This document shows, in pieces, positions 39,701 to 49,400 of a DNA stretch of 64,000 nt. The stretch lies in NCBI GenBank assembly GCA_017461385.1, contig JAFTXZ010000002.1, forward strand, positions 38,221 to 102,220, given 5' to 3'. Both the position numbers and the translations under genes were made by a program. The notes below the pieces were generated by a model. The model was not told where the DNA came from, ran no database searches, and saw only the letters and a list, made by a program, of their open reading frames with translations. The DNA comes from Clostridia bacterium (GTDB lineage Bacteria; Bacillota; Clostridia; Oscillospirales; CAG-272). Each line of letters starts with the position of its first letter. The first letter of the stretch is position 1.

Positions 39701-41396
39701 TACTATAACTGCAAATAGCATTACGAGAACCTATGATAAGCTAGCAACCGATTCAGCGTTGTTTGGCTACACATACAACGGCTTGGCAGAGGCTGATTCA
39801 TTTAGCGATGTAGCATCTGACATTACCTATAATGACGTTGCGCTTGATGCTGTAAACGTAAGCACATATACAATTCAAATGACAGTTACCCTTGGTACAA
39901 AGGCAAATAACTATGAAATCACAAAGAAAGATGGCACCTTGACTATCGAAAAGGCGCTGGCAACAGTAGGAAGCCTAAGTCAGGATTCATTTATCTATAA
40001 CGCACAGACACAAGCACCGACGGTTTCAATAACAGGTGTAGGTGGTGAAAGCGTTGCCCATAGCCTTTACGCTCTTAGCGCACAGGGTAATAGAGTTAAC
40101 TCAACAAACGTAGGCACATATAAGGTAGAGCTTGTTCTTTCAAACGACAACTACAAGCTACCTACAACAAGCCTAAGCTTCACAATTGAAAAGGCTAAGC
40201 TAACGGTAAATTGGGGAGCAGACCTATCCTTTGAATATGACGGAACAACACACTACCCAGAGGTTGAGCTTATTGGTGCAAACGATGCAGTGGTTGCGCA
40301 TAACCAAATCGGTGGTAAGAACGTAGGAGGCTACACGTCAGTAGTATCTATTAAAAACACACTTGATTCTCAAAACTACTACATTGATGAGGCAGACAAA
40401 TCTAGGAACTTTGAGGTAACACCGGCAACTGCAACAATCAATTGGGGCAACCTCACGTTTATCTACACAGGTGAGGCACAATATCCAGCACCTACAATCA
40501 CAGGCGTTGGTGGCGAGGCAGTTAAGTACACAGTATCTACCGTTGAGGGTACACCTGTAAATGCAGAAACGTATACTGCAAGGGTAGAGCTTAAGAATGA
40601 TAACTACGTTCTAGATAGCTACACAATGAGCTATACAATTTCTCAGCGTAAGCTAAACGTTGCATGGTCAAATCTGCTTCTTACGTATAATGGTGGCGAA
40701 CAGCTACCAAGCGCTATTCTTACCGATTCAAGAAGTGGCGCTGTAGTAGCTGGCGTTATTGAGGGTGCAGAGAAGAATGTAGGCACCTATACAGCAACTG
40801 TATCTATTAAGAATACACTTGATATTCAAAACTACTACATTGAATCAAGTGATAGCTCACGTCAGTTTGAAATTGCTCCTGCAAAGGTAACAGTAGCCTG
40901 GGATTATGACGCACCTTACACCTATAACGGAAGCGTTCAAAGACCAACTGCTATAGCTACTGGTATAAATGGCGAGAGCCTTGGACTTAGCGTTGAATAC
41001 ACCAACGAGGAGTCAAAGAACGCAGGAGACTATTCGGCAATCGCTTCAATAACAAATAGCAACTATGAGCTTGACGAGGCAAGCAAGACTCAGGAATACA
41101 CAATTAACAAAAAATCACTTACAATCACTGCTGATAACAAGGAAATGGACTACACAGGCAACACTTACCAAGGCACATTTACCGTTAAGGCTGAGGGACT
41201 TGTAGGCGATGATACCTTAGAGGATGTAGTAGTTATTTCCTTTACAGGTGAGGCAACCACTGCTAAGGAGGTAGGAAGCTACGATATCGTAGTATCATGC
41301 CAAGAGGCAACAGGTGGCGTATACGACAACTATGAAATAACAACGGAAAACGGAACACTTACTATCAATCAGGTAGTAAGTGAAGCCAATTCCTAG
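36732..41396 (+). CDS. Giant membrane-anchored surface protein: 5 N-terminal TM helices plus MBG/Ig-like repeats
   Basis: Five hydrophobic helices in aa 23-170; repeats such as LTITADNKEMDYTG...GSYDI...NYEITTENGTLTI and YNGxxQxPT...NxGxY. Confidence 0.85.
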   Translation: MDNYTNMSFEQSTRKSLFGYRRWIIIALVCSVIADLVTFIYLAQLTAGFGYAVIPLVLAVVGIAFGILSYFVIDYRYSYSVWFAVAYSALQTVGILILLFCTGANVDVTMSTTAYLVYAIVHIVTIVVFNVVAYTTNKLDKKSTKIGAFMIALALIFSIGSIVYTCIFGFFGQNIGIFDNKMVLVYEKNEDGYTVKNVLYGRGDIVVIEDTFNGEKITAIDSEMFTKYAIKTVSVNTKTQLRVVGIENLPEEIDYMSEIKVPLDNMDYYRKELFEASNELGSRHALALCNQVTFDACPDNKVVVSFNYNFANLPEIAKNNFAPTIILNKGETLNLKAYASQVPYFAYIEPENEAGLKDAYYLGNGYFLNTPLLADGAVLDGAKITESVETRALSFERVYLIDVLCGNDGKYVVPSELSSVIKDEDKGKLIKHTQLDSYLSELPNLVKREGFDVLYNVDGKTVSQESILESLAGKNNTTIVPLWTIHTPKILSIDGDREYVYGDLVATLTVMAESVHELKYRVKDARAFKGNGNVFVLDKPTPAHSFTYIFEVYIDDPDTELSVMVSQSVPVTVKKKVVTPSWTIPENAVYNEQEHIVGAVISESDMAFEDSNAVEVVITDKTTSTNSTNNPVFAGSYSTKVSFVDESLKSLYEIENDEQEFEISQFSVEPVWSDSSYVYNGLVNVPTVVLNGVSQVLSSDIVADDSKDAGNYTISVVLTEADDQRNYKIVDDTHDYEITPKVINVLWGSNTYEYVGETIGPLVTGFEDDSLCAGDTLALEEIKYTGLQRNVGTGYVATAVETFRNYDFSEESSSYTFSITAVPLQVNVENKSSTYDGKIFDESLSITADGLCGTDTLASVISQFNYGAEVSSAKNVGDYTIELSPKTEGANYSNYVITYQTGQTLTINQRRAIVNWTNKSPVYNGVAQKPTATVIGAGNVNLTVSVTGEQTNAGTGFQSAVSLTEALDLQNYYIETADASCTFEIKKRPITITANSITRTYDKLATDSALFGYTYNGLAEADSFSDVASDITYNDVALDAVNVSTYTIQMTVTLGTKANNYEITKKDGTLTIEKALATVGSLSQDSFIYNAQTQAPTVSITGVGGESVAHSLYALSAQGNRVNSTNVGTYKVELVLSNDNYKLPTTSLSFTIEKAKLTVNWGADLSFEYDGTTHYPEVELIGANDAVVAHNQIGGKNVGGYTSVVSIKNTLDSQNYYIDEADKSRNFEVTPATATINWGNLTFIYTGEAQYPAPTITGVGGEAVKYTVSTVEGTPVNAETYTARVELKNDNYVLDSYTMSYTISQRKLNVAWSNLLLTYNGGEQLPSAILTDSRSGAVVAGVIEGAEKNVGTYTATVSIKNTLDIQNYYIESSDSSRQFEIAPAKVTVAWDYDAPYTYNGSVQRPTAIATGINGESLGLSVEYTNEESKNAGDYSAIASITNSNYELDEASKTQEYTINKKSLTITADNKEMDYTGNTYQGTFTVKAEGLVGDDTLEDVVVISFTGEATTAKEVGSYDIVVSCQEATGGVYDNYEITTENGTLTINQVVSEANS

Positions 41397-41410
41397 AAAG
41401 GAGATATCTG

Positions 41411-42679
41411 ATGAATAGATGTATAAATCCAGAATGCAGGGCGGTTTACACAGAGCCACTAAAAACGTTTTTGGGTGAAGAAAAATGCCCAAAATGCTGT
41501 AAAAACATTTTTCCTAGCAAGGATACAGTTTTGAAGATAACTCCAGAGAGCAGAGCCTTATATGTTCAATCAGAAAGACTATTCAAGGAGGGATATCTTC
41601 TTGATAAGGCAAAGGGACTTGGCTTTAAGAGTAAGCAGGAGGCGAAGAAGCTAGCCATCGAAAAATGTCTGGTTGCAGGTCTTTCCTTGCACGACCCTTA
41701 CGCATTACTATCATTAGCGTTTTACTATGAAAGAGGCTATGTAGATGAGGGCAATGACACAATAAGAGCATGGAAAAATTCTCTTGATTGCAACAGCGCA
41801 ATTTGTCTAAACACTCACACAGATAGCTCCTTTAGATGTGCTACAACAGACGATAGCGACAAGGGCGAGCTTTTTAAGCTTGACGCCTTTGAAATAAGCA
41901 AGCTTCAGCTAAAGTCTGGCGTTGCAATTTTAAGATTGCTTGAAAAGGCTCCATATCGTTTCAGAAAGGAAGCGGAGGGCGAGCTTAAGGGCAGGGTTGC
42001 AAGTAAGGTCTTGGAAATTTCCAAAAACTATCCAGAGCTTGTAACGGTTGAGAGCAACACTCTTGTAAAGAGGGCGCTTGCTCAGGATTCAAGCAAGAAA
42101 TCAGCAACGGAAAACACCTATATGACGGCAAGAGAGCTTGTAAGACATGCTCTTGATTTGAGAAATAGCGAAAGCAAATCTATGATGCTAATGGCATATA
42201 TGACTAATAGCGAGGTTGAAAAGCTCTACGACCCTGAAATTCTTGAAAATAGCAGGGGAGCAAGACAGCCTATTACAGAGCTACTTAAGGAGGAGCTTGG
42301 CATATATATCTATGCAATTCCAACTGAGGGCAGAGACGTAGGAAAGCAACCGATTAGAACCTTTAGCGAATACTTGAACATTTTGTCATACCGTAACCAG
42401 GAGAGCCAATATCTTTTCAAAAAGGAAAAGGAATATTGCTTCTCTGTATTTGCAATAAATGCTAAAAAGAAAATTTCTGCCAAGGGAATAACAGGCAAGA
42501 AAATCAAGCAAGCATTTGAGGACAATAGCACTGAGCTTATGAAGGAGCTCAATAGGAAATACGTTCATAACGAGTACGTATTTACGACAGACGATGTCCT
42601 TTGGGCGCAAAAGGAAAATGCCTCCAGCGCCGCAGAGGTTATTGAATTTATAATAGACAAAATCCCGTTGATTTATTAA
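41411..42679 (+). CDS. Hypothetical protein with N-terminal zinc ribbon and Sel1-like repeat
   Basis: CINPEC...CPKC; DPYALLSLAFYYERGY. Confidence 0.75.
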   Translation: MNRCINPECRAVYTEPLKTFLGEEKCPKCCKNIFPSKDTVLKITPESRALYVQSERLFKEGYLLDKAKGLGFKSKQEAKKLAIEKCLVAGLSLHDPYALLSLAFYYERGYVDEGNDTIRAWKNSLDCNSAICLNTHTDSSFRCATTDDSDKGELFKLDAFEISKLQLKSGVAILRLLEKAPYRFRKEAEGELKGRVASKVLEISKNYPELVTVESNTLVKRALAQDSSKKSATENTYMTARELVRHALDLRNSESKSMMLMAYMTNSEVEKLYDPEILENSRGARQPITELLKEELGIYIYAIPTEGRDVGKQPIRTFSEYLNILSYRNQESQYLFKKEKEYCFSVFAINAKKKISAKGITGKKIKQAFEDNSTELMKELNRKYVHNEYVFTTDDVLWAQKENASSAAEVIEFIIDKIPLIY

Positions 42680-42692
42680 AGGAGAAAAAATA

Positions 42693-44447
42693 ATGGATAA
42701 TATGAACGTAAATACACCTGCGCAGGTAAACGAGCCTGCTCAAAAGGTTGAGCTAAAGAAGTACGAGGAAATTGACGTTGTTGATTCCCTTGACGTTAGC
42801 GTAGTTAAGAAGCATTTGATGCCAGTGCTTGAGAAGAATGGTATTTCCGTAAGCTCTTTTATCGACGATAAGTATAGCAACAACTATACAATCGAACAGC
42901 TTATCAAGAATGCCTGGGGCACTGTAAGAATGATGACCGAATCCCATTTCTACAAGGAAAAGAAGGTGCTTGGTGTTTTCAAGTCCAAGTCTTACGAAAA
43001 GGATTTGAAGATGATTTGCGACCTTATTACTGAAATGGACAATAAGGTTAAGAACAACGACAATAAGGTAACAAAGCTGGAGCAGGCAATCTCAAGGAAG
43101 ATTACCAGCATGAGAAAGAAGTATAAGGCTCCACCAGCAGAAAAGAACCAGATTTTCTTGCTCGACGACTACATTAAGGACACTATGCTTTGCGTAAGAG
43201 TTGCAAAGGAAAGCGGCTGCAGAATGGATGAGGCTGTATATGAAAAGTCCATGGAAACACTTCTTGAGATGAGACGCTACCTTAACAACACTGTATGCGA
43301 CGGCTTCTCCGTAACCTCTGAGGAGTATTTCTTGTCAGTTGTTGATGCAATCAGAGAGGTAAGAAATAACGTAATCAACGACCTACACACAGATACACTC
43401 TTGCTTGAAAGATCCCTTATGACAATTAAGGATAAGTGGACAAAGCTAGACACACCACCATCAGGCAAGAATAAGGCTACAAATAGCTACGAAATCGTTA
43501 AGAATGACGATATTAGTAAGGTTATTGAGTATGCTCCAATTGAGAAGAAGCTAAACGTATTCTTCGACAATATGAGCAAGTTTAAGTCAAAGAACGATGC
43601 TATTATCACACCAAAGCAGGTGGAGCTTGATGAGCTAAGAGCAGAAAAGGAAAAGCTTCTTGACGAAATGGATGAGCTTGATATTCTTGAGGAGGACAGA
43701 CTCATTTCAAGAGATGCTCACGATGAAAAGATGGATATCCTAGGCGACAGACTTGACGATCTTGAGGATAGAATTTTTGATGCAGAGGACGACTTGTCAG
43801 CTCTCAGAGCAGAAATGGACGATTACAATGCCATTTTTGAAATCGTAGAGGAAATGAACGACTTCTACAACAAGAGCCTTGCTCGTGGCTATATTCCAGA
43901 AATTGTTGAGATCTTTAAGGAGGATGGAAACTTCAACTATGCAAAGATCTCAGGTGCTATCAGAAGAATTGATACACTAAGCGACCTTGAATTTGAATCA
44001 TTTATGCTTGAAATAAATGCATTGACATCTACATACGTTGAAAAGAGAGATGTTCTTGCTAAGCGTAGCTCTAGAGTATCTAAGATGCTCAAGGAAATGA
44101 AGGACGAGAGACTCAACAAGGCTCGTGCTCATGAAAAGGCTAAGGAAGCACAACGCATTGAAAAGGACAAGGAGCGTCAAGAAAGAGAAGCTGAAAAGCA
44201 GGAAATGCGTGATGCTAAGGAAAAGGCTCGTGAGGAAAAGAGAATTGCCCGTGAAAAGATAAGAGAGGGCAGAAACAATAGAAGATCAAGAGACGAAGAG
44301 GACGAGGAATATCAGAAGAAGCTAGACGAAAGAAGAAAGGCTAGAGAAGCAAGAGGCGGAGGCGCAGGCGGATTTGATCCTAACGGTGGATTTGCAGGAG
44401 GCGCAAGAACAGGCTTTAAGCCATCTGATATTGACGACGACAACTAA
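42693..44447 (+). CDS. Long coiled-coil protein with Gly-rich acidic tail
   Basis: Heptad-rich LDELRAEKEKLLDEMDELDIL, charged EKR helix, tail GGGAGGFDPNGGFAGG...DIDDDN. Confidence 0.82.
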   Translation: MDNMNVNTPAQVNEPAQKVELKKYEEIDVVDSLDVSVVKKHLMPVLEKNGISVSSFIDDKYSNNYTIEQLIKNAWGTVRMMTESHFYKEKKVLGVFKSKSYEKDLKMICDLITEMDNKVKNNDNKVTKLEQAISRKITSMRKKYKAPPAEKNQIFLLDDYIKDTMLCVRVAKESGCRMDEAVYEKSMETLLEMRRYLNNTVCDGFSVTSEEYFLSVVDAIREVRNNVINDLHTDTLLLERSLMTIKDKWTKLDTPPSGKNKATNSYEIVKNDDISKVIEYAPIEKKLNVFFDNMSKFKSKNDAIITPKQVELDELRAEKEKLLDEMDELDILEEDRLISRDAHDEKMDILGDRLDDLEDRIFDAEDDLSALRAEMDDYNAIFEIVEEMNDFYNKSLARGYIPEIVEIFKEDGNFNYAKISGAIRRIDTLSDLEFESFMLEINALTSTYVEKRDVLAKRSSRVSKMLKEMKDERLNKARAHEKAKEAQRIEKDKERQEREAEKQEMRDAKEKAREEKRIAREKIREGRNNRRSRDEEDEEYQKKLDERRKAREARGGGAGGFDPNGGFAGGARTGFKPSDIDDDN

Positions 44448-44456
44448 TACGTAAAC

Positions 44457-44479
44457 GGGTGGGGCATTTTGCCCTACCC
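44457..44479 (+). other. Intra-operon GC-rich stem-loop without U tract
   Basis: GGGTGGGGCA-TTT-TGCCCTACCC. Confidence 0.55.
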
Positions 44480-44505
44480 CCAGTATTGGAAAAGGAGGGT
44501 ATCCC

Positions 44506-46476
44506 ATGGTAAATATGGATTTTACCAGAAAATTTGACGGTATACTTCAAAGGGCACAGCAGACCTATAAAACCTCTGTTAATGAGCAGGCACTCCTTTC
44601 TGCACAGCAAAGTCTGGAGCCAATAAAGAATCTTAGAAGTGGCAGGGATCTTTACGAAAAGCATATAAAAAACGCAGTTGGCTTAAGCCTTCGTATAGGC
44701 ATGAAGCGAATTGCTATCGACGCAGTAGTAAATAATCTCAGCTGTAAAATGGACGTGGCAATGGGCATGCTTGACAATATGGAAAGGGTTGCTATTGAAA
44801 ACAGCTTTCTTAAAACCTCAGCCTTGGCAATACGAATTAAGAATTTGTTGACAAGCCTGAAGTGGATATATGCTCAAAGTGATGAAATATACAGAACCTA
44901 TCAAAGTGATAGGGGTAAGAATGATGAATTTATTCTTTCCAAGGCGAAGGAAAAATATAGTGAGCTTTACAAGGAATGTGAAAAGCTCCCCTCTGAGGAG
45001 GAGGTATTTGAGGGAGTTTTATTCCCTAATATAAAGGCAGAATGTCGTGAGTTTATTGATAGCTTGATTGATGAGGTTAACGAAATTCACAAAAAGCTTA
45101 ATCGCGACAAAATCGGAAGTCGGGTTGACAATATTTTCAGCCCAATTCCACAGGAATGGAAGACCAGCTATAGCTTCCGTCCAACAATAAACGGCAATAA
45201 CAATAGCCTAATGGTTGTTGTTACACCATTTAAGGATGAATTTACGTTTCTTGCTTGCTCTTACGCACAACAAAACGGCTCAAGAGTGGCTGTGGTTGAT
45301 ATTACAGCAAGAGCCTTTGGAGATTGCTCGGCAAGCGAGATTAAGGAAATATTTAACTACGTGGGCACTACTGCGGACATAATTGCCATTACAGGTATGT
45401 CTATGTACCACGAATCAAATAAGAGCTATATTTATCAGTCCCTTTACGACGTAGCAAGAAGCAAAAAGGGCTTAAGTGTTTTAATTCACGATTTTAACAG
45501 TAAGCTTCCAGTTTGGAAGGAGGCAGAGGATGCCCTACCAGAGGCTTACGATATATTCTTTATGTATCTGACACTTCCAGGCTATAAAGAAACCCTTGAA
45601 GCGCTTAAGTATGGAAGCGTCCGTGAAATCGATGAGCTATTTGTTAAAAAGGAATGTGCGTTCCTTGGCTACGTAGGCGTAAACGAGGTAATAGCCATTC
45701 TGAAGAATGACTATACTAACGACTTTAGCGACACGGCATCAAGAAAATCTAGAGAAAATTACAGTAAAATTCTAGATTACATAACAAATCTAAAGAGCCA
45801 GTCTCAGCTGATAGGCGATGACTGGGGAAAGAGCTTTAATTGCTTCGAGGACGTAAGCTTTGAGCCCAAAAAGGACTTTGGTGGCTACGACTACGATACA
45901 AAAAGGCTTCTCAATCCTAAAAATCTTGATGCAATCATAAATATGGAAAACATTTTGTTGCCAGCAAGATGTGGACTAGCAGTAAATTACTGCTTGCTCT
46001 GTGGCGAGGACGTTTCAATTTGGCAGGAGCTAACTGATGAGGAAAGGCTTTATCGCCTAACCCTTGCAACAAAAACCGTTGGCAGACTACTAAATGCCCA
46101 ATATGACCCAACCGTTGAAATCAAGGAGATTGAGGGCAAGGCTGGTGCATATTGCTCAGGCGGTGGAAAGCTTATAGTTTACGGAAGCAAGGACGTTATG
46201 AATTTCTCTTGGCTTGCAGACGCCGTGTGCCACGAAATGTTCCATGCGTTTCAGCATACAGCCATGACTACTGGCTGGAAAAGATGGCATGCCAGTGAGC
46301 TTATGGTAACTCCTCAGCGCATTAAGGAATGGAATAAATGCCACGGTAAATATATCGACATAAACAAAAATGAGAATAGCTATTATGTCCAGGGCTTTGA
46401 GGTTGATGCTCGTGTATTCGCAGCAGAAACAACCGATGGCGTAACTAAGCATTGGCAAAAGCTAAATCTAGTTTAA
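44506..46476 (+). CDS. Protein with degenerate AAA-like middle domain and C-terminal HExxH zincin metallopeptidase
   Basis: AVCHEMFHAFQH plus downstream YYVQGFEVDAR (third-ligand Glu). Confidence 0.75.
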   Translation: MVNMDFTRKFDGILQRAQQTYKTSVNEQALLSAQQSLEPIKNLRSGRDLYEKHIKNAVGLSLRIGMKRIAIDAVVNNLSCKMDVAMGMLDNMERVAIENSFLKTSALAIRIKNLLTSLKWIYAQSDEIYRTYQSDRGKNDEFILSKAKEKYSELYKECEKLPSEEEVFEGVLFPNIKAECREFIDSLIDEVNEIHKKLNRDKIGSRVDNIFSPIPQEWKTSYSFRPTINGNNNSLMVVVTPFKDEFTFLACSYAQQNGSRVAVVDITARAFGDCSASEIKEIFNYVGTTADIIAITGMSMYHESNKSYIYQSLYDVARSKKGLSVLIHDFNSKLPVWKEAEDALPEAYDIFFMYLTLPGYKETLEALKYGSVREIDELFVKKECAFLGYVGVNEVIAILKNDYTNDFSDTASRKSRENYSKILDYITNLKSQSQLIGDDWGKSFNCFEDVSFEPKKDFGGYDYDTKRLLNPKNLDAIINMENILLPARCGLAVNYCLLCGEDVSIWQELTDEERLYRLTLATKTVGRLLNAQYDPTVEIKEIEGKAGAYCSGGGKLIVYGSKDVMNFSWLADAVCHEMFHAFQHTAMTTGWKRWHASELMVTPQRIKEWNKCHGKYIDINKNENSYYVQGFEVDARVFAAETTDGVTKHWQKLNLV

Positions 46477-46489
46477 TTCGGAGAGCAAG

Positions 46490-49400
46490 ATGAATAAAAA
46501 CGAGGTACTAAACAAGTATATTATCGAATTCCTCCACGTTGAGGAGGAATCCACTAATAGAATGATGGACTTGTATGGTACAGGAAAGTCAAGTAACCTA
46601 ACCATTGAGCTAGGGGATACTATGCCTGACCAAACAAGATTGTATTGTCGTATTGCAAGAATAATAAAGGAAAGAATAGGAAGACCGGCAGGAATTGCTC
46701 TAAGAGATAGCTCGCCACAAAAGGGAGTAGGTAACTTTGATGAGATAAATATTCTTGACTGGACCATTTCCAAGTATGAAAATGCCGACCTTGATACTAA
46801 GGTGAAGCTTCTTACAAAAATGGCAAATAGCTCCCTTGCAGAGCTAAAGCAAAAGGGAGTAAACTCCTTGTTCTTGTCCGTTGGCGCAATTAAATGGGAC
46901 GTGCCAGACCCAGATGACAATACACGATTTGTGAGCATTACAACACCATTGCTTATTTTCCCAATTAAGCTGGTGCGTTCAGGTAATGCTATGCCATATT
47001 GCATTGAGTTTGTGGCAGACGATATAAGATTAAATCCTTGTCTTATTGAGAAAATTGCCCGTGTTTATAGCAGGGAAACTGCCGACAAGCTACCGCTTCC
47101 AGTGGCAACGGAGGGCGCTGTTAATATTGCTGAGCTAGACGTGGAGCAATATTTTGCAAGCATTAACACCTTCATAGGTGAAAGCTTTAGAGATGCTCGC
47201 AGAGAATTTGCTTTGCAAAGCAATAAAATTGCAATTTCAAACTTCAACAGCATTGATATTGCAATGTATTACGACCTAATTAACCATAAAAAGGAGCTTG
47301 AGAGTAGCAGAATGATTGAAAAGCTATTCACAAGCGTTGACAGAGTAGATAATGAAATTATCGAAAAGCCACTTATCACTCTGCCTGCCGACACAGTGCA
47401 GGAGGGTATTCTTGCAAGAGCAGTTAATAACGACGACCTTATTATCAAGGGTCCTCCGGGCACAGGTAAAACCTTGACAATCGCTAACCTTGTTGCTTCA
47501 CTTATGGGCGCTGGTAAAAAGGTAATGTTCGTTTCTGCTAAAACCTCAGCCCTTGCCGAGGTATGCAATAAGCTTCCAGAGCATCTACGCCCATTTGTGC
47601 TAGAGCTATTCTGCGAAAGCGAAACCGAAGCTGCAAGCTTCAACGTAAACGACCTTATTGCTTCACTAAGAAAAGCAAGAGATGCAGAGCCTGTAAAGGA
47701 TATAGGACTTCTTAAGCAAGAAATCCAAGGCTATCAAAACAGCAAAAAGGATGCAGTTAGATATCTTGACGCATATAAGCGCTTCTATTTTACAGACCCA
47801 AATCCATTCACAGGTCGTGCCTTCTATTCAACAATCAATAATGCCCTTGTGTACAATGGCAACCCAAGATTAAGAGAGGCGTTTATTGGCAGAACCTCAA
47901 GAATTACCGTTGAGGACTACAATAAAATGCACGGCAAGGTTGAGCTTTGCGAGGCTAATCTAAATAATATCACAAATAACGGTGAAAAAATCGCAACCCT
48001 TAGTCCTTGGTATGATGCAGAAATAGCCGTTTCTCCAACCGCTATCGAGGGTGAGATTAACGACATTAAGGAAACTCTAAGGGATATATCTGAAAAGATA
48101 ACTGCCTTTATGAAGGAGCTTGGAATTGAGGATAAAAGAGATGAAATATCCCTTGCTCTATTTTCAAGAATTGTAGAGGCTGACATCAGCAAGGACAATA
48201 TTCAAAGAATTATAGAGGGAAGCATTCGCCCCTCGGTTATGCAAGCACTAAAGGAAAAAACAAGAGAGCTTGTTACTAACGATTTATTAAACGAATGCTT
48301 TAACTACGTAGTAAAGAACAAAATCACTATTAAGACAGATGATGAGCAGGGCTTAAGCGGACTTCTTGATGAGCTTGGTCAAGCAAGCTCAAATAAGAGC
48401 GCTAAGGAGCTTTTGGAAATCAAGAGCGCTATTGAAAAAATGAACCTTGCAGTGTCCGACTCCTGCGACGTGGTGCTTGACGTGTTTGAAAGCTACAGCA
48501 AAAAGGATGAGGAGCTGGACGAGGCTCAAAGAGCGTTAGATTTACTCGTTCCTGTGGTGGGCAAGCAAAGGGAAGCTCGTTATGAGCTACTGAATACTCA
48601 CTCACAAACGCTTTCTAAGTATTCTAAAAAGGATATGAAGAAGTTCTCCTTGTTTGAGGGTAAGGCTAAAAAGGCGTATGAGGAAATTTCCAGACTTCCA
48701 ATTGGCAAGGTACCGACTATTAATGAGGTAACTAAGGCTTGCGAAATCTTCGATGGTTTTAAGGTGATTGAGGCTGAAAAGAAGCAAATATTTACAAGAT
48801 TTGTTGAAATGTTCGGCGATGAGGTTACAGAAAAAGACGTAGCAAGCGTTGAGGAGTTTATCTCTGGCTGTGAGAGCAGAGAGGAAAAGAAAAAGCTTCT
48901 GAGAAGCTTGCTTGAGGAATCAAGGCTTGTGGAGGAAACTCTTGGACTCGTTACAAGTCCACTTGAAAGAGTGAGCGAGGAGCTAAAGTGTAAAACTGCT
49001 GACGAGCTTGCTGACGTGGTCCTTGGCGCTATCGAGCGTGCTAAGATTGAAAAGCTATACGAGACAGCCTGCAAGGAGCTTGGTCTTGTTGGTATGGATG
49101 AGCTTGTAAGTCTTGAAACGCCTGAAACGATTATTTGCATCAAGGAGCTTAGCGAATATATCGTGTTAAACGATACAAGAGCTACTGCAATTTTTGAGTT
49201 TATTAAGCAAAGAGATGATGTTGGTAAGGGATTGATTAAGCTTGAAAGAATGGCTATGAAGTATGGACTCAATCCAATTTATCGTAGCATTTCTAAGCTA
49301 ACCCTTGTTGATATAGATCGCTTTGTTGAGGATATTGGCGATGCCAGAATCAGCAACGCCTGCCTACAGCTTAAGGCGACTATGGACGAGGATAATATCG

